A stretch of DNA of 64,000 nt. Origin: Lytechinus pictus. Taxonomy: Eukaryota. The notes below the pieces were generated by a model. It was not told where the DNA came from. It saw nothing but the letters and a program-made list of their open reading frames with translations, and ran no database searches. Below, piece after piece: positions 1-12,700 of the stretch. The DNA lies in NCBI RefSeq assembly GCF_037042905.1, contig NC_087245.1, forward strand, positions 24,244,001 through 24,308,000. The letters run 5' to 3'. The position numbers were made by a program, and so were the translations under genes. Numbering within the stretch: position 1 is the first letter of the stretch; each line of letters opens with the position of its first letter.

Positions 1-452
1 GCCAAGGTAGCATCCATCGGATTCTTAATATTCACACTCTCAAACTTAACCTTTGCAAAGAAATGCATATAATACCTAACTTGTTTGTATTTAAACCATG
101 GTATGTTCCGCATTATATTTGTAAGACAATTTGACCTTTTATGACTTTAAACGACCCATAACTGACCTATTCGTGATTTAAATGCCCAGTAATTCATATA
201 TTTGCATTTGATTTTACATTAGCTTAATTTCATACCAAACATGACATGTTAATTCCGTAAAATATGAAAATCATATATAAGAGGTATGTGAAAAAGTGGG
301 CGTGGCGAATGACGTCAATTAGAAAAAATGCCCAAGGGTGCCCAGGTGGCACCCGTAGGATTCTTGGAGTAGACACCCTATACTACAACTTCCAGCAAAA
401 AAAATCGCAGTCATGCCCAACTTGACGGTTATGTTGGGGTTCTACTTGACTA
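1..452. mobile_element. End of a TIR DNA transposon (TAGTC terminus, Academ-like) inserted in the 3' end of gene copy 1
   Basis: Homology to paralog 2 stops abruptly at 453. The terminus ...ttgacta and subterminal sequence resemble the right end of the 12615-15217 element. Confidence 0.6.
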
Positions 453-536
453 CTTGTTTTCATTAGCAATATCAGCACTGGGTCTCTCGTAGTTACTTGT
501 CGATGGCTGTTCTTCCTGTCTGTTTGGCTTTCGGCT

Positions 537-787
537 TCACATATGCGTTACCTTTCTCTTTTTGTCTGTATGCGCCACCCTACTTTCCGAATTGCTGAGG
601 GCATCTTCAAGGAAATTCAGCAACTCAATACTTTTTTCTTCATCTTCCAAGCAATTGTTTTTCGTGTAATTTTCGAAAAAGTACACGTTCTCATTTACAT
701 CTTGGGTAGCAAGTTCTGTTTTGATGTCGTATCTTTCCGATTCGGTAAGCGATGCTGCATGGGTAATAACGATCATTGGGGGATGAC
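537..787 (-). CDS. Exon 10: GTPase G4/G5 region and C-terminus, truncated relative to the paralog
   Basis: HPPMIVITHAA...VYFFENYT...EEKSIELLNFLEDALSNSE...KVTHM*. Acceptor cattccag; TGA at 537-539. Confidence 0.85.
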
Positions 788-3700
788 CTGGAATGAGCAT
801 ACACAAAAACACTAACTTTGTATTTCTAGAAATCATAATTACCCATTTCAAACTTTTCTTTCAGACCAATATTAAGAATATCTAATAATGATAATAATAC
901 ACAGTTCTCGTGTAATAGAAACATGCCTAATGCCTCTACACGCTACCAAATATCCTCGGTGGCTGTTTCATCACGCATCAATCCTTCCCAAATTGTGAAA
1001 CTATACTAAAAATCCATTAGCCTAGGAATAGTTTATTGAGAAAATAATGAAAACAAATACATGTATCTGTAAGCAAAATTAGATAACATTTTGTTATCTA
1101 ATTTGAAAATTGTGTCAATAAATCAATAAACTTAGTAAGGAAGCATAAATGTTTACAATGGTTTCAGCACACGAATTATTCCCCTCACGTGAAAGTCCTT
1201 AATTCAAAGGCCGCTCAAGACATTTTGACAAAGACACTTGAGTATCGGAATAATGCTGCCAAATGATAATTTCCTCGATGTTTGTTGAAAAAAGTTATGT
1301 TATGTGTTTTAAGGGGAGCATAGTTTTATCATGCTACAAACAACTTGATGCTTATTTATAGCCAAGTAGACCTCATTGCTTATTTATAGTCAAGTAGACC
1401 TCATAATTAAGTCGATCATTAACATCACATCTTGTCGAATAATCACTGAGGTTGCTCGAAACCACTGTGATTACCTTTGCCACCCTTTAGTGAGATTTTT
1501 ATAAGATCTTATATGTGATTCATGAATGAGATCCAATCATCTGCTGGGCTAATTTTGCATTATCGGCATAATTTGTCTGCTTGTTTTGAGGCGGGGCAAA
1601 GAAGCAAATACATTTTGAATGTCATATGCCTCAACGGTTTCAGGGTGTCGAGAGTAACAATACCATACCGGTAAATTGCCAATTCGTCTACTGCCAACTC
1701 GTCCACTCACGACATGGTCTACTTTCATTTAGTCTTATGCCATTCCGTCCATCAACATTTCGTCTAACAACCATTTGGTCCATTAACCATTTGGTCCAGT
1801 CATCACTACGTCTAATCACCATTTCGTCTATGACAGTTTCGTCTCATAACCAGTTGGTCTAATATCCATTTCTTTTTCATTCATTTTGCACAATTCAAAA
1901 CTTAGTCCAATGAGACCACATGGTATATAGACTAAATGGCTATTGGACCAATTGGTCATTAGACGGAATGGCATTAGACTAAATGAAAATAGACCATGTG
2001 GTGAGTGGACGAACTGATGGTAGACCAAAATAATGATAGTAGACGAGTTGGCAATTGGACAAATTGGCATTAGACGAATTGGAAATAAACCTACATACCA
2101 GTGTGTTGCCTGACCTCTTTGGTGAAGTCCCCAATGAATCCAAGTCCGTATTGCCAATTGAATGGACTAGATGAAAAAGAAATTTTTTGTAATACAAATA
2201 CTTTAGAATAGAATGTATAATCTCAAAATCGGTTTACGGTACACCCTGAGTCATAGAAGGACTAAGAAAAGTGGATAGAGGTAGAAGTGAAATAGAAAGG
2301 CGAGAAAGTGGAAGATTAGAAAGTAGAGTATCTTTCTGAAATGAGGGTAGTACTTAGTTAGAATGGCTGTAAGCCAGACAAAAAAGTTGAGAGGCTTGAG
2401 TATAGTTAAAGAGATGAGAGAAGGCTGGCTTGAGTCGGCAAAATGAGTTGTAAAACAGGAGCAGGAGAGAATACTTTGGCAGGTTGACTGTCGACGTTTT
2501 CGGGCAGTCTGTATGTCCGTCTTAAAAAGTGACGGACAATCAACCTGCCCGAATGTCGAGTCTTCTCTCTTGCTCGATCTCAATGAACTTTCAAGTATGG
2601 GGAGGTGAGGGGATGTTAGTGTAACAATTTGAAGAAAAGGGAGGAACAAGAGTATCAGAATGAGAACAGTGGGTCGTTTAACCTTCTAATATCTTATCTG
2701 ATCATTCACCGTTTTTACCCAATGCCGCAAAAGGCCCAAATCAATAGATAACAAATATGTGAAAAGAAAATTATCAGTATATTGCACCATAAATTGTCGA
2801 ATTTCTACAATTCAACATAATTTAACTATGTAATTGCACTTACAATGCTCCTTTACAAAATCAGTAAAAAAAATTGTTGTTAATGACGGGGTGGGCGGTG
2901 GGTTCATCGGGGTTATGTGAATTTCAACGCACATTAGGCCTATATATAAGACATATTAAATCTGATTCTCTATTTGTAGCCTATACAGGGGCAGATCCAG
3001 CCTTCGCCAATAGGGGGGGGGGGCGGAATTTTTTTCGGCCATATTTTCCCCGATCGGCCGCTCAAAGATGATTTTGGTTTTTTTGAAGAGGTAGTCCTCA
3101 TAGTCACTTCTCAGTTTTATTCTTATGATTCAACATAAATATATAATATCATAATCCTTGTTTATACAATGCGAGCGCGAAGCGCGAGCTAATTTTGTGT
3201 GTGGAAATTGTATGTACTTTTTCCTAATATTTGAACATTCTGGGCAATGTTTCTTATCCTGTAAAAGATGCAACTAAAAGTGTATCCAACTAAATAATTA
3301 CTACGAACGCGAAGCGCGAACAGAAATGAACTGATGAAACAGGTACATGTTAAAGACTGTTTGTAGTTAGCCATGAAGACGTTACGTATTTTAAAAATCA
3401 AATAATGCGAGCGCGAAGCGCGAGCTGAAACATTTTGACATCTCTACCTACAGAATAAAAATTCTAAGCACTTTTATAACTTAAACATAATAGGTATATA
3501 ACTAAACAATTAATGCGAGCGCGAAGCGCGAGCGGAAAAATTTCGAGATTTATACCTAATGAACGAGACACTCTATTCATGTTTTGTAAATCATATAAAG
3601 GATGAGTTCTTGGGGATCTTCCTTACATCAATAATGCGAACGCAAGGCGCGAGCAGAATTTTTTTATATGTATACGTTTTGAACTGATCGAAAAGGTACC

Positions 3701-6700
3701 TGTTAAGACTGCTTGCACTTAGCCATAAAGACGTTACATATTTCAAAAATCAAATAATGCGAGCGCGAAGCGCGAGCTGAAACATTTTGACATTTCTACC
3801 TAAAGAATGGAAAATTTTGATCAATTTTTTTCATCGTGAACAGGATAGCTATGTAACTAAAAAAATCATGCGAGCGCAAAGCGCGAGCAGAAAAAAAATC
3901 GAGATCTAGACCTAAAAACGGGACACTCTATTCATGTTTTGTAAATCATGAAAAGAATGAGTAATAAGGGATCTTCCTACTTTAATAATGCGAGCACAAA
4001 GCGCGAGCTGAAAATTTTTGATATTGTGGCCTGAAACTGGATAATGATTTAAAAAGAGAACAAGTTGAGTATCTGAATAAACATACACGCGTGTGTTTCA
4101 TATTTAGACCTAGATTCTAGGCAATCTAAATACATCTTTTATCATGATAATCAAAGCGAGCGCGAAGTGCGATCTTAAACTATTTGATATTCCCACTGAA
4201 AAAAAGAGTCAATTTCTGCTCTATATTTCAAGCATTTTGTAGTACAATTGTGAGGTGGATATGGATCGCACTTAATAAAGATCTGATTTGTTCCATTATT
4301 ATTACTTTGAGTTTCGACATAGGACCAGTACATCCTTAGGACATGTCATCATATGAAAATGATGACTATCTTCATATTCCTCTTGCAAAGCGGAGATAAA
4401 ACAAAAGGGACAATTTAATTTCTAAATAAATATTTTATTCGTTAATGCACTAATGAGGGCGCAAAATCTGATGATATTATGGCCTAAAAACTGGACATTC
4501 CAAGCACTTTGTAATCATAAATAGGATGCATCAATTAATATATTTTTAACCATTAATGCCAGCGCAAATCGCAAGCCAAATATTTTGATAAACTGTCATG
4601 GAAAGAGGATTTTAAGTAGTTTGTTGTATAATTAGTATTGAGACATACATAACTCGCCAATCAAAATGAGAGCGTGCAGCGCCAGTTGATACGTTTTAAT
4701 AATCACACCTGAAAAGGAATATTTTGAAACTTTATGCAATACAAGAAAATAATAGGTACCTGGTAAATCAAACTTTGCGAGCGCGCAGCGCGAGCAGAAA
4801 ATGTTGATATTCAGACCATAAAACTGACATTTTTACAGAGCACTTAAAAAAAATCAATTTGTAAATCACACAAAATAATGAAAGTTCGATTTCCGAGGTG
4901 AAATATGTTTTGTATATTGACTTCCAAACTTGATATTTAAGTTCCATAATGAACAAGATATGAAAATCATCTAACAGGCAATGCAAGCGCGAAGCGCGAG
5001 CGAAAATTTTACATAGTGACATGAAAGATTTTCCAAGTCTTCCCCTCATCTTAGTACTTTATTAATTCGTCTTCCTCCTCTCTTTTCTTTCTTTCCTTTT
5101 TCCTTTTTTTGTTATTCTGCCCCTAGGGGGGGGGGGCCGCCCCCTGGATCCGCATATACTAAGTTGAAGTATAGGAGGCCTTTCGAAATTGACATAAACC
5201 TAATATGCTTAGATTCTGATATAGGTTGAAATTGACTTACGACTTCTTGTACACGAATACAGCACAATGTATTTCTTCCTGTTCACATGCCTTGATTTGT
5301 TCTATGTCTGGCCCGCGTTCTCCACCTGCCAGTATAATTAATGCAGTGATAAATGTTTCTATTTTATATATAATTCTTAATCGGATTGAAATAAAATATA
5401 AGGGGAAAAAATCCTTTCTTGGTTAGAAAAATAAAATATTCGGACTTGCATGGTCACTTAGTTTAAATCAAATATCAGTTTAAAAAAAGTACCTGTGTTA
5501 ACCCCAAAAAGGACTGGGCTATTTGAGATCTATTGAGGACGGGGGGACATGATGCCCACCCCCACCCCATTCTAATCTCGGCCGCCGTTCGCGCGATCGC
5601 GCCGAAATTTGGCACGCGCATTATTTATCGCATAAACTATAAGCCAATAAAAAAGTCTGAAGATAATCACTTTTTATTTATTAGGAATAAAATACCCAAA
5701 TTTATTCGTGAAAAACATTTTGTGCATATTTAACACCCAATTTCACTTCAAATTTGTCTTCCCTTTTTGCCAGATATTATCTTTGTAAGCTAATTTAAAG
5801 GTTTCCGCAAAGAAAAATTGCGAAAGCTAATTTTTTTTCCTTATGTATTTCTTCTTTTTCTATTTATTATGTATTTTTTCATCTTTTGTTTTTCGTTTTT
5901 TCAATGGAAATTACTACAGACCATTTAACAACTAAATTAAACCCTAAATTAATTAAGCAAACCAATTAGAACGAGTAAAATAATAACTTTTTATGAGATT
6001 TATCTCCCATAGACTTTGTAAACAAAGTATAAATATGAGCTAGTTTCGGCATGATATTGTCCCGTTAAAAGTCATATGTCTTCGCGATGCTTTCCCCGTA
6101 TGTCGCAAATTTGGTCTCGAAAGGTGCACGAGACTACAAAGAAAAAAGTCATGAAATTTTGCGGCGCTATGTTTTTGCGTTTCGGAAATATCGCGCGAAG
6201 CGTTGAGGAGAAAGGGCCATCATGCCTCCCAGTCCTTTTAGGGTTAAAGCTAGGGTGTACTTCATGAAGTAATGAAGAATTAGCAGAATTAAGGGGGGGG
6301 GGGGGGTCATAAACTGGAGTCATGCACCACAATTAAGAAATATTTAGCTGAACTGAAATGAAAGAATCATGAAAAATAAGGATCAGTAGAATATGAGATC
6401 AGTAATGGCAAGACATGTATTTTGTTTTGTCTCGCCCACTCATTTTTTTGTCTCGCCCACCAGAGGTGAAGGCGAGACTTAGGGATCCAAATGAACTCCG
6501 CAACGGTAAGTCACTTTTCAACCAAACTTGGATGGTAAATGTACTTAGGGGACCTGCATGTTATTCTGCAGTTGGAGGTCACATGGTAAGGCAAAGTTCA
6601 TTTTCAGGCTCTGGCGTATATCCGGTCCAAGCTATGGGGGATGGGGTGAAAGCAATTATATTGATCTGAAAATTTCAGGCCGACGTTAAAGTTTAGGTGC

Positions 6701-9700
6701 AAGACTCTCTTGTGACACAACTCTTCAACCATAAATCACTTTTCAACCAAACTTGGGTTGTTGATGTACTTAGGAGAATTGCACGTCATGGTGCAGTCAG
6801 AGGTGACATGGTAAGGTCAGAGATCATTTTCAGGTCAACATTAAAGTTTACGTGTAAGACTCTTTTATGACACATAACTCCGCAACCGTAATTCATTTTT
6901 CACCCAAACTTGGGTTGTCGATGTACTTAAGATACCTGCATGTTATGGTGCAGTCGGAGATCACATGGTACACCCTAAGAAATTCGGGTTCAATTCTACA
7001 TCCCTAGGGGTGCACAGGCTTGTCCCTATACGAGTACCCCTAGCGGTGCACACGTACACCCCGAATATGGGTGTACGTACAGTGTGCACCCCTATTTGGG
7101 GTGACCATCTGCACCTTAGAGGGTGTACACGTCTAGCCCTTAGGGTGCATAATGTACCCCCACCTGAAATAACAAAAAGGTTGTCGAGACTTCCGGAACA
7201 TTAATTCACTTTCTGTATCGATTTTAGTTACCCTAGTTGGGATTCGAACTCACCTCGTTTTATGTGTAGTCAAGATAGCGATATGATCCGATAATTTTTT
7301 GACTTGTGCTGATAGTTGTGATTCAAGTAGCTCTATTTACTAATTCTCCAAAAGTATACGTAATCAAACGTGTTTTTGAAACAATTATCATCACATAAAT
7401 AGTAAATATTAAAAAAATTATTTCACTTCGGTAAAGTGTGGCGTAAGTGCATTTCTATTTCGGGTAATCTTCCATCATAAATCAACTCTATCTATACCAT
7501 ACGTCTATCCGCGAGACTGGTGGGGTTCACGCAAAGAGGACATGGGTGTACAACAGACACGGACTCTCGCATAAGAGCTAACTTGCACCTCGATGGTATT
7601 AAGCGGTGTACGCACGTATCGTACACCCCATTTGCACGGGGATTTTTTAGTGTGTAAGGTCAAAGTTAAAGTTTACATGCAAGACTCTCTTATGACACAC
7701 AACTCCGCAACTGTAATTTATTTTGCACCCAAAACTTGGGTTGTAGATGTACTTAAGAGACCTGCATATCATGGCGCAGTCAGAGGTCACATGGTAGGGT
7801 AAAATGTCATTTTGAGGTCATTATTATGACATACCTCCACAACCGTAAATCACTTTTGAACCTAACCTGGGTTGTAGCTGTACCTAGGAGACCTGCATGT
7901 TATTGCGTACGGTCAAAGGTCATTTTGAGGTCAACATTATAAAGTTTTAATACGTGCAAGACTCTTATGACAAAAATTATTCCAGCCCAGTTATTTTACA
8001 ATGAACATTTAATACGATTCTGTTGCGTGCCCTCGATATTTATGGTTACTTTCACAAGTGGGCGAGACACATCATCGCTTATGCCTTGTTTTCATAATGG
8101 GACTTTCACAATTGCTCGTGCGATCGTTTGCGATCACTTGGTCCCAACATATGTTGCACAGAATCGCAACGGTTGTAAGCAGTCGCACCACCAATTGTGA
8201 AAGAGGCTTAACCCATTACCACAACTTGCCAACCATTTCCCTTGACTTAGCCTTTAACTCGTGCCACTTAACATCGCACGATTTAATAAGCCCCTTTCAC
8301 AATTGGTCTGCAACCATTGCGACCTTTTAGTCGCATGACAAACTGCAACAAGCATCAATCGCTATCTATCTCATAAGATCGCAGGAAGGCTTTCACAAAT
8401 ACAACAGCTGTCTTACAACAAAAGCGATTGGAACGCCGTTGCACGAGTAAGTCGCAATTGCTCCCATAAGAGTGGCTGTGCGTTCACATGCGAGTGTTGA
8501 CGAGTGATTGCGAGTGATTTTACGACCAATTGCATTGAGTCGTGAGAGTTGACTCGAGGTAATGTCATCGCCAGAACGATTGAATGAAACTGTTGCGAGT
8601 GTTCGTGCGAGTAATGTGAGGTATAAAACCTCCCTTAACACGAATTTGACATCAAAAGGCACAAATAAGACGAAACTATTAGATGAGGACCCCGAGAACG
8701 TTCGAAGCTCATTTTAACCCCCTATGTAGAACCCCGAGGAACGGTCGCATACATTCGCCGTAATTGATCGCAATATGATTGCCACGACTGATTTGATATG
8801 ACCTGATACGATCACTACGATTACGCCATGATTGATAGCACAGTTTTAATCGTGGAGCGAATCGTGAAAGTGGGAATTAGGTATGTCTTGTCGTGATCGG
8901 TCGTGGAACGATCTCATGGTCTATGTATTATCTCGCCCAGTCGCAAGACTGGTCTCTATGTCTGTATGTAGGTCGCTTGCGCACGTGCAAGTGTTGCACG
9001 ACCTTCAGTCGCGACCACTTAGTCGTGCCAACTCTCGCATTATTTCATGCAGCTTTGAACACTACTTGCACGACATTCGGACGACTGGTCGTACGATGTG
9101 ATGGAGGCGAGTCATTTTGATCGCGTTTGGATTTTGAACATGTTCATATTTCAGATGGGACTAATCACGACCACCTCTGGTTCGACTGGTCGCCTACAAA
9201 GACACCAAGCGATCGATTGTGCAACACTGTGAAAAGCAACGTTGCAGGCGGTCGCAAACTGATCGGGATATTGTGAAAGGGGCTTTACTCGTCCCATCGA
9301 GTAATAAGTTGAAGGAGTGCATTCATGAGTTGAACAACCGAGTTAGCATGTCATGCCCGATGTGCTTATTAGTCGACTTACGCTGTTACTAGTTGTGATT
9401 GATTGTCACTCTCTCAAGAAACTAGTATTCCGACATTACAATAATGGTTGATCTGTCAACACTGACTGCAGATATTGCTATAAATCAATAAAGTGACGAT
9501 CTAAAGATTTAATTAAAGGATAGTATAACTTACGAAGCTGAGCAGTTACTTCAGTCAGGTAATCTTTCTGGAAGTCGGCCATGCCTCGGTTGTCGAAAAT
9601 ATGAATGCTCTTAGTGAGCTTTAGGACAGTGCGTGCAGTGGTTTTTCCTCCACCAGATTCCTTGTCACCAACCACCTGACTTTCTTTATATTTGCCTGTT

Positions 9701-12700
9701 GATGAGAAGGGGAAAATCCCTTAATTTGGCAAAGAAATGATATGTTTCAGATCGTTGAATTTAACTGGGTAAATCGCAAAAAATATGGCCAATACCATTA
9801 CGCATTCATTTTCCTATTGCTTAATTTTAGTCATAAAGATCACCATCAGGGCCCCGTAATATGACACAAAGGTTTAATAGCGATTAAAGGGATGGTCCGG
9901 GCTGAAAATATTTATATCTAAATAAATAGAGTGAAATTCACAAAGCAAAATACTGAAAATTTCGTCGAAATCGGATAACAAATAACGAAGTTATTGAATT
10001 TTAAAGTTTATCAATCTTTTTTTAAAACAGTTAAATGTACATCGCCATGAATATTCATTAGGTGGGCTGATGATGTCACCCCACCACTGTCCTTTTTCTT
10101 ACGTTATTACATGAAATGATAAATGTTTCATTTTTTTCATACATGTGTAAAAGATGTGTATCCATTATGATGAAATAAGTTGCGGCAAAAAATAACTAAT
10201 GCACTTAATCAGTTGTCAATCCAACTGTTTTTAGTTCTTGGTAGAAATATTTTGAATAAACCTAATTTTGTATAATAAAATACAAAAGAATAAGTGGGGA
10301 TATGACATCACCAACCCAACTAATGAATATTCATAAAGACATGCCTAGAACTGCATGTTTCACCGGAATAATACAACTCTTTAAAATTCAATAACTTCGT
10401 TATTTGTTATCCGATTTTGATCAAATTTCCAGCATTTTGCTCTGTGAATTTTACTCTATTTATTGAGATATAAATATGTCCAGCCTGGACCATCCCTTAA
10501 ATCGTTAAATGAAATAGCCTATCAAGATCATCGTTGCATGCGCATTTCGCTCAGGAGACTGACTGGGAAACAATCAGAATTGTTCTTCCAAATTAGCGAT
10601 CAATCGCTAATCTTCGTGTTACGGGGCCCTGGTATATTAAATAACTTATGTCATTTATACAATCATACTTGTGTACAGAGAAAAATAGGAAAATATGTTC
10701 ATATCAATATTCTGATAAAGAAGATATTTGTTTTACATGTATGTAGAGTGGTCAATAAGTTATACTTCAAACTGCTATGTCCCTTTTGCCTCAAGAAATC
10801 ATTGAAGATTCTTTCTATTACCCTTAAAATGATTTTTTTCAATTTCTTTCTTTCCTTCTTATTAGTTCGCGCCTTCTTTTTTAATAATATGCCATAATGA
10901 TTGTAAGGCCTTACCTGTATATGCAAATTCAAGAGAATTTATGAAGGACGATTTTCCCGCACCCATTTCTCCAAACAAGCCGATGTGTGCAGACTTCACA
11001 TCGGATCCATCTCGCTTAAATTTGAAGTCCAGTAAACGTTTACGTAGATCAGCCAATTCTTCCTTAATATTTTCTGAAATGTGCAAAAGGGTCTTCAATT
11101 AAAAAAATAATGATAGCGGAAAGATGTTCATCAATGAATACTTAATATATTAGTAACATTAGTCAATCAAAAGGTCATTATTGCATTAAAATGGCAATCT
11201 TTTCAATTTTTTGTTGCATTTAAGCTTTGCAATGATTTGAATAAGATTAGGCTTATGAAATTATTATCCGCTCTACTACCTGTTAAACATCTGAAGAAAC
11301 TTGGAATTCGGACATTTACCCTGAAGCTATTATAGTTCTTGAAGTATCATTTACCAGGGAATCAAATTATCCAGCATGCATCCACCAAAATGAGATTTGC
11401 ATGCAAATACTCACGTAATCTCACTTCTTCTGGATCTGGTACAGGCATCGAATAGACTGATCTCAGACAAGGAATGACATTCAAGACTGCTTCACCTTAA
11501 AATAAAACGAAAAACAGGGGGTCTTAATTTTGTGTTTTTTACGGCAGATTTGCGAGTTGGTGTCTACTATAGAGAAAGGCATAAGATCTATGTGAATTTT
11601 CTAACAAGGTCTTAAGGCCTGGTCTCACTGGCTGACGGATACAAAACGAATTCATACAGGACACAGCGGACGAGCAAAATTTCGCGGGTGGATCCATCCG
11701 ATTTTCATCCGTTCCTGAAATGGACAAAGTTGTCGAAAACACAACGCAAAAGAACGGACATGGGTGGTATGTAGCGCGGATGTTAAACGGTTGTTCATCG
11801 GAACCTTGCGGATGAAAACGGATTGAAGCGGATGACAGCTCCAAACGGGTAACCGGGGGTTTTGAATACTTTATTTACGAGATGCATTCGCTTACATCCT
11901 TTTCTATTCCCGTGCTACTAACGATGTATAGACGTTCCATGTTCCTTATCTTTCCTCCCTATTTCCGCAGTTCAGCTTCATTGGATCTGATGCAGAGAGG
12001 ATACAGCAGATGCTTCACGGATGATAACGGACATGAAACGTTTGTTGCTCGTATATGTTGCGGATCTACATCATATCGGCGGGAAGTTCATCCGTTCAAG
12101 GCTTGGTCCCACTGCACTTACGAATGCAGAGATGATGTAAAACGGAAAAGTCTTGCCATCCGCTGGAAAACGTTTACGGTTATGTATCCGCTGTGTACTC
12201 TTTGCATACGTGTTTCATACGATCTATATCCATCGAGCATCCGTTCCCCCGGAGATTTTATTGTTCGCCCATTTAGTCTATTGTCTGGAGCGGATAAAAA
12301 ACGTATGGAGCATTGTTAAGCCCCTTTCACAATTGACGTATGACCAGTTTACGACCGCCTGCAACAGTTTTTTCTTGTTGTTGCACGATCGATCTCTTGG
12401 TGTCTTGCGAGCACTCGCAGTCAAGAATCAATCAATCAATCTACCAATCAACTTAAGGTGGTCATGACTAGTCGCATCTGAACTTTGAACATGTTCAAAC
12501 TCCAAACGCGATCAAATACGATCGATTCACTCGCATCAGATCGTACCATCGGTCGGGCGATCATCATGTGAGTGTTGTTCAACGTTGCACGACTTGATGC
12601 GAGAGGTTGCATAATAGTCCAGGATAGGCCCCATAGACAAGGGGTCGAACCTTGTTTTTTTAGATATACAATGTTTTTGGATGGTTTCTTGTCAATTCGA

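Noticed and set aside
945..1066. AG/GT-bounded segment beginning IHVFVFII, conserved in both paralogs, as a possible extra exon
   Set aside because: In-frame TAG after 14 codons in both copies, and exon 9 already joins exon 10 in phase. The conservation is explained by recent duplication.
2251..2649. 132-aa ORF in intron 8 and the related 75-aa ORF at 60529-60756
   Set aside because: The reading frames are not conserved between the paralogous copies and no domain is recognisable.
11440..11462. SVYSMP as an ITIM in the juxtamembrane region
   Set aside because: The Y+3 residue is Pro, not I/V/L, so it does not fit the consensus.
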